A stretch of DNA of 64,000 nucleotides from Syntrophorhabdaceae bacterium (GCA_963665295.1 OY762209.1:576001-640000); one strand, 5' to 3'; shown: positions 20,518 through 30,702, counted from the first letter of the stretch. Numbers and translations are program-made. Notes: generated from the sequence alone by a model not told the origin.

Positions 20518-21612
20518 ATGAAAGAAAATCTGATGAATGCGATCAAAGAAATTAGAAACGACGGTTCTCTGTTGATCTTGGATGAAGCATCAATCAAGTC
20601 GGCTATCATACTCCGCCTTCTTTCGTTGCTGGGGTGGAATCCTTTCGACATTAACCAAGTTAAACCCGAGTATACCGTAGAATCCAAACGGGTAGATTTC
20701 TCCTTAAGAATAAATGGTGCAAACAAGGCTTTCATAGAAGTGAAGCGACCGAGTGAAAACCTTGAGCCACATCAGGAACAGCTTCTGGGATACTCATTCA
20801 GGGAAGGAGTTAAGATCGCAATTCTAACAAACGGAGTTACCTGGTGGTTCTATCTCCCGTTAAACGAGGGCAGTTGGGAACAGCGACGATTCTTTACTGC
20901 TGATTTTACGGAACAACCACTCGAATCGATAGCTGACCGATTCATTGCTTTGCTGTCAAAAGATCATATCGCGACGGGTGACGCGGTAAAAAATGCCGAA
21001 GGCCTATATCAAAGTCGCCAAAGAAAAGGCATTCTGAAAGAAGCCTTGCCTAAGGCGTGGCATAAATTAATTAATGATCCAGACGATCTCTTGGTTGATC
21101 TCTTGATAGAAACCACCGAAAAACTGTCTGGGTTTCGCCCAGAAATAGAAGATGTTGAGAGATTCTTAGGCAGTATTGCCCATCCTGCATTTCCAAAGCC
21201 TGGAACCCCTCTTTCTCCCGCGCCTCCGAAGCCGTATCAACCCCCGAGGCCGGGAGTTTCTGAATCATCTACCGATGGCTATATCAACAAACAGATCGTG
21301 GCATTTACACTACTCGGAAAAACATATCGTCCTCGTAATTGGAAAGAACTTATGGTCACTGTCGCTGAGGAAATGTACCGGAGGCATCCTGCGGACTTTG
21401 AACGTGCGCTTATGCTTCGTGGTCCCAAGATGGCCTATTACGCACTTCATGCCAATCAATTGAGTCAACCATCACAAATTTCCGATTCGAAATACTTTGT
21501 AGAGACAAAACTGAACACAAACTCAATAGTAAGGCGATGCCACGGATTGCTGTCACTTTTCGGATATAGTGATACTGATTTAAGCATAGAGGTAGATGAA
21601 AAGAGAACATGA
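20518..21612 (+). CDS. HsdR_N-like PD-(D/E)xK nuclease fused to a SeqA-C-like domain (cassette 2)
   Basis: LLSLLGWN...PEY...RVDFSL...FIEVK...QLLGY...ILTNGVTW; Pro-rich linker; C-terminal RGPKMAYYA...KYFVETKLNTNSI. Confidence 0.8.
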   Translation: MKENLMNAIKEIRNDGSLLILDEASIKSAIILRLLSLLGWNPFDINQVKPEYTVESKRVDFSLRINGANKAFIEVKRPSENLEPHQEQLLGYSFREGVKIAILTNGVTWWFYLPLNEGSWEQRRFFTADFTEQPLESIADRFIALLSKDHIATGDAVKNAEGLYQSRQRKGILKEALPKAWHKLINDPDDLLVDLLIETTEKLSGFRPEIEDVERFLGSIAHPAFPKPGTPLSPAPPKPYQPPRPGVSESSTDGYINKQIVAFTLLGKTYRPRNWKELMVTVAEEMYRRHPADFERALMLRGPKMAYYALHANQLSQPSQISDSKYFVETKLNTNSIVRRCHGLLSLFGYSDTDLSIEVDEKRT

Positions 21613-21682
21613 GCTAACCCGTCGCTACCTTTAGCCGGATCGCGGCCCTGTCGGGCTGCTCTGGCTGATCCTATTGTTGTCG
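21612..21682 (+). other. Degenerate attC site
   Basis: AGCTAAC is complementary to the cassette start GTTAGCT; TAGCCGGA/TCTGGCTGA stem; ends GTTGTCG; spacing is atypical. Confidence 0.55.
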
Positions 21683-21778
21683 CTCTTTTAATCGGTAATG
21701 GTTGTTTTTGCGGAACCGCTCACATTCACACTTTGTAGGTGTACGCGAGAAAATCCAATCCGATAATGCAGGCGCAAT

Positions 21779-21798
21779 AATCATTAGTTTTTTCCGCA
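21779..21798 (-). repeat. Right arm of the 20-bp perfect inverted repeat
   Basis: AATCATTAGTTTTTTCCGCA is the reverse complement of 14192-14211. Confidence 0.75.
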
Positions 21799-22081
21799 TG
21801 CTTTTGTCATTATCTAACCCACTAACGAGATTACACTTATTTCCCGCGCGTTTGAGAGGGTTCTTTACGCAGTCCGGATATCGTACCTGTCACAGCTTTT
21901 TTGTGGTAATGGTGGACGGAAGGCAAAGCCCCCCTGTAGACTTGTGGAGCCAGCCCTCCCGGTGTTGCCCTGGACGTGCTATTCAGATCGCCACCGGCAG
22001 TTATCATTGTGGATTATCTTCCTTCCTGGTGCCAATTTCCCGGCATCCTCTATTTCAATAATTAATTATGCCGGGTCGTGT

Positions 22082-22219
22082 GGATGGCCGCAGGGGGTGA
22101 AGGCTTCAGGTTCGTTGCTCTGTGAAGGTTCGTGGGGCGTCGGCGTATTAAATATACGCCAGAGCACGCGTACCTTTGCAGAGCGGCGGAGATGGAGTCT
22201 TCACCCCCTGCGGCCATCC
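22082..22219 (+). other. Long structured hairpin element, copy A (candidate ncRNA or ssDNA element)
   Basis: 21-bp perfect closing stem extended by G.U pairs, nested stems, terminal GGCGTA/TACGCC hairpin; homologous to 41641-41779. Confidence 0.7.
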
Positions 22220-22398
22220 GTCCAAGTGAACATAAAGCCAAACAGACAACACAAACCGCGAACAGACGAGAGCCATCCCCGCAAAACCCCGACACTCTCC
22301 CTTCCTCTCTCCCGCTCACGCCCCACGCTCACGCCCCACGCTCACGCTCGGTTAATGCTTGACTCTCTTACTGCCCGCCGTGGTATCATAAGGACGCT

Positions 22399-23364
22399 AT
22401 GGGATTGACACACATTACCGACGGGCGGGTTAAGCTTATTATGGTCGGGGGGAAAGGCGGGGTGGGGAAGACTACCTGCGCGGCGGCCATTGCCCTGAAG
22501 ATCGCCATGGACGGGAAGAAGGTGCTTGTCATTTCCAGCGACCCCGCTCCCTCTCTGTCAGACATCTTCGAAGTCGCCATCGGCAATGACGAGGTGCGCA
22601 TTACCGGCGACTACGAGCTTTACGGCCTGGAAATCTCCTCCGACGCGGTGCTCAGGAAGTGGAAAGAGCGCTTCGGGCCCGAGATCTACGAGGTGGTCCG
22701 GTCCTTCGCGGACGTAGACTACGATTTCGTCGACTACATCGGGACCGCGCCCGGCATCGAAGAAGAGTACATGCTCAACTACATCATGGAACTCGTGCAG
22801 GGCGGCGCCTACGACGTGGTGGTATGGGACACGGCGCCCGCAGGGCACACCTTGCGCCTCCTCAGGCTCCCCCACCTCTTTCTCAAGCACATGGAAGCGG
22901 CCACGAAGTTCTACATGAACATATACGGCTACCTGGAGAAGCTGAAGGACACGGTGAAACTCAAGGGGTCGAAGAGAACGCTCCTCGAGGTGATCGGCAG
23001 CTGGGAGGCCCTTTCGGAACAGATCGTGGCCTTCATACGGGACCATGAGATCACCAAGTATGTAATCGTCACCATCCCCGAGGCCCTCGGCGTGAAGCTT
23101 ACCGAGAGGGTGATAAAAGAATTCGAGGAAAACCGGCTTACCGTGGAAAATATCATTATCAACCACGTGGTGAAGGACGCGGACTGCGAGTTCCACAGGA
23201 CACGCAAGGCCATGCAGGAGCACTACATGGGGTCGATCAGGGACACCTATAAGGGATCGAGTATCGTCACTCTCTACCTCGCGGCTAAGGAGATACGAGG
23301 CCTGGCAAGGATAATGGAGGTCTCGAAGGTCCTCTTTTCCCCGGAGGAAGGACCGGGGGCGTGA
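22399..23364 (+). CDS. ArsA/Get3-family ATPase (single domain)
   Basis: GGKGGVGKTT, SDPAPSLSD, DTAPAGHT. Confidence 0.92.
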   Translation: MGLTHITDGRVKLIMVGGKGGVGKTTCAAAIALKIAMDGKKVLVISSDPAPSLSDIFEVAIGNDEVRITGDYELYGLEISSDAVLRKWKERFGPEIYEVVRSFADVDYDFVDYIGTAPGIEEEYMLNYIMELVQGGAYDVVVWDTAPAGHTLRLLRLPHLFLKHMEAATKFYMNIYGYLEKLKDTVKLKGSKRTLLEVIGSWEALSEQIVAFIRDHEITKYVIVTIPEALGVKLTERVIKEFEENRLTVENIIINHVVKDADCEFHRTRKAMQEHYMGSIRDTYKGSSIVTLYLAAKEIRGLARIMEVSKVLFSPEEGPGA

Positions 23365-23948
23365 AGACCGGGGGCGTGAGGAAAATAAAGGTCACCGGGG
23401 GCTATCTCAGGTCCAGGAGCATCGAAATCCTCGAAAACGACATAGCGCGGTACACCCCCTCCAAGGTACGGCAGGCAATATTCAACATAATCGGCGACGT
23501 GGAAGGGAAACGGGTCCTCGACATTTTTGCGGGCTCCGGCTCCTTTGCCATCGAGGCATTGAGCAGGGGCGCAGCCTTTGCAACGTGCGTCGAGAAAGAC
23601 AGGGAAATGTGCGCCCTCATCCGGCGGAACCTTGAATCTCTCGGCCTCTCTCCCGTCTGTGAAATACTTAACATGGATGCGGAGCGCGCAGTGCCTTTTC
23701 TTTATAAAAAGGCGGCCAAGTATGATATAATTTTCATGGACCCTCCGTACAACAGGGGGTATATAGCGGCAATTACATCGCTCTTTGAAGAAGCGGTGAT
23801 TTACGAAAGCGATACGGTCTTCGTAATAGAGCATTCGAAGAGAGAACCATGTGACGCTCCCGGATCCGGGGGGAAGGAGCGCACCTTGACAAAACAATAT
23901 GGCGACACGTGCATTACCACATATGAGCTGCAACACGATCTCACTTAA
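23361..23948 (+). CDS. rsmD: 16S rRNA m2G966 methyltransferase
   Basis: VRQAIFNII, LDIFAGSGS..IEALSRGA, DPPY; adjacent to coaD. Confidence 0.92.
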   Translation: MKTGGVRKIKVTGGYLRSRSIEILENDIARYTPSKVRQAIFNIIGDVEGKRVLDIFAGSGSFAIEALSRGAAFATCVEKDREMCALIRRNLESLGLSPVCEILNMDAERAVPFLYKKAAKYDIIFMDPPYNRGYIAAITSLFEEAVIYESDTVFVIEHSKREPCDAPGSGGKERTLTKQYGDTCITTYELQHDLT

Positions 23949-23959
23949 AGGAGTCCCCG

Positions 23960-24448
23960 ATGAAACGCAAAGTGGCAGTGTATCCCGGTTCTTTTGACCC
24001 CATCACCAACGGGCACCTCGATATCCTCAACAGAGGGCTCGAGCTTTTCGACAAAGTCATAGTGGCAGTTGCGTATAATATTGAAAAGAAGGCGCTCTTT
24101 TCCGTCGAGGAGCGGATGGAACTGATCAAGCTGTCCGTGGACGGCAACGAGAACGTGCTCGTGGACAACTTCAACGGTCTCCTGGTCAATTATGTGAAGA
24201 AGGTGGACGCGAAATTCGTGATCAGGGGCCTCCGGGCCATGAGCGACTTCGAGTACGAATTTCAGATGGCTTCCATGAACAGGAACTTAAATAAAGACAT
24301 GGACACCTTGTTTATGATGACCAGCAAGGATTATTATTTTATTAGTTCCAGAACGATCAAGGAGGTCCAGCAATTCGGCGGTTCCGTGAAAGGGCTCGTG
24401 CCCCCCATAGTGGAGACAAGATTGAAAGAGAAGTTTTCCCTGAAATGA
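23960..24448 (+). CDS. coaD: Pantetheine-phosphate adenylyltransferase
   Basis: YPGSFDPITNGH, RGLRAMSDFEYE. Confidence 0.97.
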   Translation: MKRKVAVYPGSFDPITNGHLDILNRGLELFDKVIVAVAYNIEKKALFSVEERMELIKLSVDGNENVLVDNFNGLLVNYVKKVDAKFVIRGLRAMSDFEYEFQMASMNRNLNKDMDTLFMMTSKDYYFISSRTIKEVQQFGGSVKGLVPPIVETRLKEKFSLK

Positions 24449-25731
24449 AAAAGGCCTTCCTGCCGGTCATTCTCCTGGCTCTCCTTGCGCTTTTCGCGTT
24501 CCGGGCCGAGGCAGGGGATGTATATGTGGCGAAGGTCCAGGGTGTCATAGGCCCTGCCACGGCAGGATTCATATCGGATTCGATCGCGAAAAGCGAGGAA
24601 AAGGGCGCGGAGGCGCTCGTCATACTCCTCGACACCCCCGGCGGCCTCGACACGGCCATGAGGGACATCGTAAAAGACATCATGGAGGCGAAAGTCCCCG
24701 TCATAACCTACGTCTATCCCTCCGGCGCGCGCGCCGCGTCCGCGGGATGTGTCATCCTTCTCGCCTCCCATGTGGCGGCAATGGCCCCCGGCACGAACGT
24801 GGGCGCAGCCCATCCCGTAACCATAGGCAAGGACAAACCGGACAAGGTAATGATGGAGAAGGTCCTCAAGGACGCCGAGGCCTACGTGCGGAGCATTGCG
24901 AAAAAACGGGGCCGGAACGAGGAATGGGCGGCAAAGGCGGTGACCGAGAGCGCGTCCATTCAGGCGAGCGTTGCCCTCAAACTGAAGGTTATCGATGTGG
25001 TGGCCGCCAATGTTGACGAACTGTTGAAAAGCATAGACGGCAAGACCGTGGACACAAAAAAGGGTGCGGTCCTCCTCAGGACGGCGGGAGCGAAGAAGAT
25101 TGAGATAGAAACACCCTTCAAATACAGGTTTCTCGGCTTTATAAGCGATCCCAACGTAGCCTACATCCTTATGATGATCGGCATTTACGGGATACTCTTC
25201 GAGATTTACAATCCCGGGGCCGTTTTTCCCGGCGTAATAGGAGGGATATCCCTCATCCTCGCTCTCTACTCCTTCCAGGCCATACCGATCAGCTATGCCG
25301 GGGCGTTCCTCATACTTCTCGGCATCATATTCTTTGTCCTCGAAGTGAAGATCGTGAGCCACGGGGTGCTTGGTATTGCAGGCATAATAGCTATTGTGAT
25401 AGGCTCTATTATGCTTGTTGACCTCCCGTCCGGAAGCATGCTCTCCATTTCCTGGAAGTCCATCCTGGCGGTGGCGGTGATTTCGGCCCTTTTCGTCTTC
25501 GGTGTACTCTCCTTTGCGATCAAGGCGCAAATGTCGAAGGTGAAGACAGGCGAAGAAGGGCTCACCGGAGAGGAAGGGATTGCCCGGACCGATGTTCTCG
25601 AGACCGGAAAGGTCTTTTTGCACGGTGAACTATGGAATGCAGTGAGTGATGAGCCAATAAAGGCGGGTGAGAAGGTCGTGGTTTCCGGCGTAAAAGGCCT
25701 GACTTTGAGAGTCGGGAGAAAGGGGGTTTAG
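24445..25731 (+). CDS. nfeD: NfeD-family membrane-bound serine protease
   Basis: [25 protein letters not shown]-terminal OB domain GELWNA. Confidence 0.93.
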   Translation: MKKAFLPVILLALLALFAFRAEAGDVYVAKVQGVIGPATAGFISDSIAKSEEKGAEALVILLDTPGGLDTAMRDIVKDIMEAKVPVITYVYPSGARAASAGCVILLASHVAAMAPGTNVGAAHPVTIGKDKPDKVMMEKVLKDAEAYVRSIAKKRGRNEEWAAKAVTESASIQASVALKLKVIDVVAANVDELLKSIDGKTVDTKKGAVLLRTAGAKKIEIETPFKYRFLGFISDPNVAYILMMIGIYGILFEIYNPGAVFPGVIGGISLILALYSFQAIPISYAGAFLILLGIIFFVLEVKIVSHGVLGIAGIIAIVIGSIMLVDLPSGSMLSISWKSILAVAVISALFVFGVLSFAIKAQMSKVKTGEEGLTGEEGIARTDVLETGKVFLHGELWNAVSDEPIKAGEKVVVSGVKGLTLRVGRKGV

Positions 25732-25732
25732 C

Positions 25733-26482
25733 ATGATTCCTGTTTATTTGTTTGTAGTGGTGATTATAGTGTTCTTCCTTGTAAGCGCGATAAAGATTCT
25801 CAACGAATACGAGAGGGGCGTCATCTTCAGGCTTGGGCGGGTGCTCGGCTCTCCCAAGGGACCGGGACTCATCATCCTCATACCCATAATCGACAGAATG
25901 GTAAAGGTGAGCCTGAGAACGGTGGTCCTCGACGTACCCTCCCAGGACATGATCACCAAGGACAATGTTTCCATAAAGGTAAATGCAGTCGTTTATTTCC
26001 GCGTCATCGATCCCCTGAAGGCGGTCATCGACGTGGAAAACTTTCTCTACGCCACGAGCCAGCTTTCACAGACGACCCTGAGAAGTGTCCTCGGTCAGGC
26101 CGAACTCGACGATCTCCTCTCCCACAGGGAGAAGATCAATGAAAGGCTCCAGGAGATCCTTGATACCCACACAGAGTCCTGGGGTATCAAGGTCTCGAAC
26201 GTGGAAGTGAAAAACGTCGATCTCCCCCAGGAGATGCAGCGCGCCATTTCACGGCAGGCAGAGGCGGAAAGAGAAAGAAGGGCAAAGGTGATCGCGGCCG
26301 AAGGTGAATTCCAGGCATCGACAAAACTATCGGAGGCGTCCGACATACTCTCCAGGAACCCCATGGCACTCCAGCTACGCTACTTACAAACCCTTATCGA
26401 GATATCGACGGAGAAGAATTCGACCATAGTCTTCCCTCTTCCCATTGATCTTATCAAGGTTTTTACAGAGAGACTGAAATGA
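25733..26482 (+). CDS. Slipin / stomatin-like SPFH protein
   Basis: [39 protein letters not shown]. Confidence 0.95.
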   Translation: MIPVYLFVVVIIVFFLVSAIKILNEYERGVIFRLGRVLGSPKGPGLIILIPIIDRMVKVSLRTVVLDVPSQDMITKDNVSIKVNAVVYFRVIDPLKAVIDVENFLYATSQLSQTTLRSVLGQAELDDLLSHREKINERLQEILDTHTESWGIKVSNVEVKNVDLPQEMQRAISRQAEAERERRAKVIAAEGEFQASTKLSEASDILSRNPMALQLRYLQTLIEISTEKNSTIVFPLPIDLIKVFTERLK

Positions 26483-27672
26483 AAAAGTGGTTATCAGCCC
26501 TAATAGTCATAGTCCTCATGTGCACCGGCACGGCCTACGCGGAAAAAGCGCGCAAGAAGACGAGCGCCCTGAAACAACCGGCCAAGGCGGCCGTTGCGAA
26601 GGTGAAGGAGGACCCGTGCAAGGCCTTTATAGTCGCGGAGGCGACGACCGGCACCGTCCTTGACGGCGAGAATGTCCATGCCAGGCGGCCTCCCGCGAGC
26701 GTGACAAAGCTCATGCTGGCCCTGGTCGTCCTCGAAAAGCTTTCAAGGAACGAGATTGCCCTTACGGACAAGATCACCGTAACGCCGGACGTGGCGCGGA
26801 TAGGGGGCAGTCAGGTCTACCTCAAGGTGGGCGAGACCTTTACCCTCGAAGAGCTGATGAAAGCCGTCATGGTGGCCTCGGCGAACGACGCGGCCTACGC
26901 GGTGGCGGAGCACGTGGGAGGAAGCAAGGAAGGGTTCGTGACACTCATGAACGAAAAGGCCAAGGCCCTCGGCATGGCTGATACGGAGTTCCATTCGGTC
27001 CACGGCCTCCCTCCTTCGAAGGGTGAACAGGAAGACCTTACCTCCTGCAACGACCTTGTGCTCCTTGCCCGGGAAATCCTCAAATATCCCAAAATCATCG
27101 AATGGACGTCGATCAAGACGGAGGGTTTCAGGGGCGGCGCGTTCATCATGAATAACCATAACAAGCTCCTCACCAAGATGCCCGGCGTGGATGGGCTGAA
27201 GACGGGCTTTTACCGGGAGACCGGTTTCAATGTGGTCGCCACGGCGAAGAAGGGCGATCTGAGGTTCATCACCGTGGTCATGGGCAGTCCCTCGGCCAAG
27301 ATACGGGACGACATCGCCATGGAAAAGATGAAGAAGGCCTTCGGCCAACTCCGCATGATGAGCGTGGTGAAGAAAGGTGAACTTGTCGATAAAGAGGTAA
27401 TGCTTCAGGACGGAAAATACAGGAAGCTCAAAGGAGTGGCAGGGGCCAACTTCCTCTACCCCATTACGAACGACAAGAAAGGCAGCATCAAGAAAGAGAT
27501 TGTCATGCCCGACAAGATCAAAGGCGAGATAAAAGAAGGGCAGAAGATGGGCGAGATCATCGTGAAATTCAACGATGTGCAGGTGGGCAAGGTGGACGTG
27601 GTCTCTCCGGTGTATGTCCCTACCGCGAATCTGTTTACCCGTTTTATCCGGAAGCTCGGGCTCAATATATAA
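26479..27672 (+). CDS. D-alanyl-D-alanine carboxypeptidase (S11)
   Basis: [17 protein letters not shown] motifs. Confidence 0.93.
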   Translation: MKKWLSALIVIVLMCTGTAYAEKARKKTSALKQPAKAAVAKVKEDPCKAFIVAEATTGTVLDGENVHARRPPASVTKLMLALVVLEKLSRNEIALTDKITVTPDVARIGGSQVYLKVGETFTLEELMKAVMVASANDAAYAVAEHVGGSKEGFVTLMNEKAKALGMADTEFHSVHGLPPSKGEQEDLTSCNDLVLLAREILKYPKIIEWTSIKTEGFRGGAFIMNNHNKLLTKMPGVDGLKTGFYRETGFNVVATAKKGDLRFITVVMGSPSAKIRDDIAMEKMKKAFGQLRMMSVVKKGELVDKEVMLQDGKYRKLKGVAGANFLYPITNDKKGSIKKEIVMPDKIKGEIKEGQKMGEIIVKFNDVQVGKVDVVSPVYVPTANLFTRFIRKLGLNI

Positions 27673-27695
27673 GCTGAAAAGGGGATCTGGGGACC

Positions 27696-28925
27696 ATGTT
27701 GAGAAATAAAGAGATCGTAGTAGGAATAACGGGCGGCATAGCCGCATACAAGACCGCCGAATTGGTGAGGGCCTTTACCAAAAGAGGTGCCAACGTGCAT
27801 GTGGTGATGACGAAGAACGCCATGGAGTTTGTGACGCCCCTGACGTTTCAGACCCTTTCGGGCAACCCCGTGGTCCACAATATGTTCGAGCTTTTCACGG
27901 GCTCCAAGATAGGCCATATCGCTCTTTCCGATATCGCCGACCAGGTGGTGATCGTGCCGGCCACGGCAAATATCATAGGCAAGATAGCCAACGGCATTGC
28001 CGACGATTTTCTCACCACCATGATCATGGCTATAACCGTGCCGGTCCTTTTTGTGCCCTCCATGAATACGAAGATGTGGGAAAGCGCGGCGGTTCAGGGC
28101 AATATCGAAAAGCTGAAGGACAACGGGTTCCAGTTCATGGAGCCGGGAAGCGGCGACCTCGCGTGCGGGACCACAGGTAAGGGGCGTCTCCCCACTATCG
28201 AAGAGATCATCGAGAAGATGGAGGATATCTTCACGGAGAAGGACCTCACCGGCGAAACGGTCCTTGTCACGGCGGGCCCCACCATGGAATATATCGATCC
28301 TGTAAGGTGCATCACCAACAAGTCGTCCGGCAAGATGGGATACGCCATTGCAAAGATCGCAAAGCGGAGAGGCGCGGAAGTGGTGCTTATTACAGGTAAG
28401 ACCTATCTCCCGCCCCCGAGGACGGACATACCCTTCATAGAGGTGATTACCGCCGCGGAAATGCGTGACGCGGTGATGCAGCACTATAAACAGGCCACTA
28501 TCATTATAAAGGCCGCTGCGGTGGCGGACTTCAGGTGCCGGGCGGAAAGCTGCCAGAAGATCAAGAAGAAGGGCGGTGACAAGTGCATGACCCTCGAACT
28601 CGACAAGAACCCGGATATCATCGCGGAACTGGGCGAGGTCAAAGGGGACAGGATCCTCGTCGGCTTTGCCGCAGAGACGGAGAACATGCTGGAGCACGCA
28701 GCGGACAAGCTGAAAAGGAAGAACCTTGACCTTATCGTGGCAAACGACGTTTCCAAGGCAGGGATAGGGTTCGGTTCGGACAATAATGAGGTGGCAATCA
28801 TCGACAAGACGGGCAGCGTGCGGCAGGTGCCCCTTCTCACCAAGGACGAGGTCGCTCACATCATCCTCGACGCCACAAAAAAAATACTGAAAAAAAGAAA
28901 GAAAGCCGAAGAAGATTGGTATTGA
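27696..28925 (+). CDS. coaBC: Phosphopantothenoylcysteine decarboxylase/synthetase
   Basis: GITGGIAAYK, PATAN, LACG..G.GRL, TAGPT.E.IDPVR...SSGKMG, GFAAET. Confidence 0.97.
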   Translation: MLRNKEIVVGITGGIAAYKTAELVRAFTKRGANVHVVMTKNAMEFVTPLTFQTLSGNPVVHNMFELFTGSKIGHIALSDIADQVVIVPATANIIGKIANGIADDFLTTMIMAITVPVLFVPSMNTKMWESAAVQGNIEKLKDNGFQFMEPGSGDLACGTTGKGRLPTIEEIIEKMEDIFTEKDLTGETVLVTAGPTMEYIDPVRCITNKSSGKMGYAIAKIAKRRGAEVVLITGKTYLPPPRTDIPFIEVITAAEMRDAVMQHYKQATIIIKAAAVADFRCRAESCQKIKKKGGDKCMTLELDKNPDIIAELGEVKGDRILVGFAAETENMLEHAADKLKRKNLDLIVANDVSKAGIGFGSDNNEVAIIDKTGSVRQVPLLTKDEVAHIILDATKKILKKRKKAEEDWY

Positions 28926-30319
28926 TGAGAGCATCGAGCAGTGCGTCCCCCGCGGCACGGAACGCCGGGAGGGAGATAAAGAGATTGCGATTCGCATGGA
29001 CCCTTGCGTCCGTGGCGCTGGGTATTTCCCTCTGTTTTCACGCCTTTCCCGCCTTTTCCTACGAAGAGGAAGACAGGGTAATAAAAGTGGTGGAGATGGC
29101 GAGCAAGGCCATCGTCAACATAAAGACCGAGGAATGGTCCAAGGCCCCGGAAGAGCCCAAGAAGACAAGTGTCTTCAAAAGGCTCCTGAGCGAGGAGGAA
29201 GAGCCGGAGGCCTTTGAGAACCAGGGCTCCGGAGTCGTCCTCGACCCCAGGGGAATCATCGTCACCAACGAGCACCTTATCTCGAAGGCCGTCAACATAC
29301 GGGTAAAGTTCATGAACGGCAAGGACTACGAGGCGTACGTCCTCGGAAGCGACCCGGAATTCGACATAGCCCTTCTCAAGGTGACCGACAAGGCCGACCT
29401 GCCCTACCTGAAGATTACCCGGCCCAAGAGCATAAGGGTGGGACAGAAGACGATCGTGATAGGCAACCCTTTCGGGTTGTCAAGCTCCATTTCCGTGGGA
29501 GTGGTGAGCGCCCTCGGAAGGAACCTGAGGATCGACGGCAAGGTGTACGCGAACCTCATCCAGACCGATGCGGCAATAAACCCGGGCAACAGCGGCGGGG
29601 CCCTTCTCGATATGGACGGCAATCCCCTTGGTATCGTCACCGCCATTTACGGCGAGGGCAAGGGCATAGGCTTCGCCATTCCCATGGACGATGTGATGAA
29701 CATGCTCTCGGAATTCCTCGAAAGCAAGATAAAGCGTCCCATATTCGGCGTCTTTACGGAAAAGAAGAGGGACGAACGGGGCCCTTATTTCTACGTGGCA
29801 AAGGTTATTCCCGGAAGTCCCGCCGAGAGGTCCGGCGTGAAGGTGGGCGACCGCATCGTGGAGCTTAACAAGAAGAAGATCAAGGAAGGCTTGAAGCCTC
29901 ACAGCGTCCTAAGAAGCGTAAAGGCCGGAGGGACCATCCAGTTCAAGATCATGAGGGGCACAAGGACATTCCTGATAAACGTAAATGACAAGACCATGGA
30001 GGGATACATGCCTCTTCCCGCGGACGAAAGCCTGTGCAATATGCGGATAGCGGATATAAAGGGCTATCCCAGACTCAAGTTCAAGTTGAAGGATAAAGAG
30101 GGCGTTGTGGTAACCAAGGTGCACAGCAAGAATTCCGTGGACCGGTGCGGCCTCCTTCCGGGGGACGTAATTCTCAAGGTGAACAATAATATGGTCTCCA
30201 ACACCAAAGATTTCGAGTCTTTTATGGCGGAAGGCTTAAAGAGGAATTATATTTTGTATCAGGTGAAAAGAAGTGAGGATATCTTCTTTGCGCCTGTGAA
30301 ACTTGATACCTTGCTCTAG
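28925..30319 (+). CDS. HtrA/DegP-like serine protease with PDZ domains
   Basis: GSG...TNEH, DIALLK, IQTDAAINPGNSGG; ATG overlaps the coaBC stop. Confidence 0.92.
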   Translation: MRASSSASPAARNAGREIKRLRFAWTLASVALGISLCFHAFPAFSYEEEDRVIKVVEMASKAIVNIKTEEWSKAPEEPKKTSVFKRLLSEEEEPEAFENQGSGVVLDPRGIIVTNEHLISKAVNIRVKFMNGKDYEAYVLGSDPEFDIALLKVTDKADLPYLKITRPKSIRVGQKTIVIGNPFGLSSSISVGVVSALGRNLRIDGKVYANLIQTDAAINPGNSGGALLDMDGNPLGIVTAIYGEGKGIGFAIPMDDVMNMLSEFLESKIKRPIFGVFTEKKRDERGPYFYVAKVIPGSPAERSGVKVGDRIVELNKKKIKEGLKPHSVLRSVKAGGTIQFKIMRGTRTFLINVNDKTMEGYMPLPADESLCNMRIADIKGYPRLKFKLKDKEGVVVTKVHSKNSVDRCGLLPGDVILKVNNNMVSNTKDFESFMAEGLKRNYILYQVKRSEDIFFAPVKLDTLL

Positions 30320-30327
30320 GGGGTCCT

Positions 30328-30702
30328 ATGAACGACGAAAAAGGCTACACAGTTAAAGACACATCGGGAGATTCCCGGGACGAGGATGTAATGGCGGGTT
30401 CAGGAAAGCACCAGGAATCGCCGGAGGATGCCCTTAAGCGGGAAGACTTCTTTACCGGCCTCACTTTCTCCGCCCTCATACTCTCGCTCTCTACTTCGGC
30501 ACTGGTGAACCTGGGCGAACTGCCCGATCCTCTCTCCAATGAGAAGGCTCTTAATTTTCCCCTGGCGAAGCAGACAATCGGGATTATCGAGATGCTGAAA
30601 GAGAAGACCAGAGGCAACCTGAGCCAGGATGAGGACAGGCTGATCAACAACATGCTCTATGACCTCAGGATGAAATACGTGGGGGCCGCAGGAGCGAAGT
30701 AA
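30328..30702 (+). CDS. DUF1844 domain protein
   Basis: FSALILSLSTSALVNLGE.PDP...AKQTI...LKEKTRGNL...LYDLRMKY. Confidence 0.88.
   Translation: MNDEKGYTVKDTSGDSRDEDVMAGSGKHQESPEDALKREDFFTGLTFSALILSLSTSALVNLGELPDPLSNEKALNFPLAKQTIGIIEMLKEKTRGNLSQDEDRLINNMLYDLRMKYVGAAGAK

Noticed and set aside
22082..22219. Long hairpins (here and at 41641-41779) as attC sites, 6S RNA or SRP RNA
   Set aside because: No RYYYAAC/GTTRRRY boxes at the ends, no large central bubble, and no SRP GGAA/AGCAG motif
22315..22350. CTCACGCCCCACG short direct repeats
   Set aside because: Only ~2.5 copies of low-complexity sequence; no function can be supported
24334..28997. Long antisense ORFs (e.g. 24334-25623, 26743-27747, 27456-28997; also 4070-5113, 42716-43774, 50714-51826, 52315-53424)
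   Set aside because: Shadow frames opposite well-conserved genes, expected in GC-rich coding DNA
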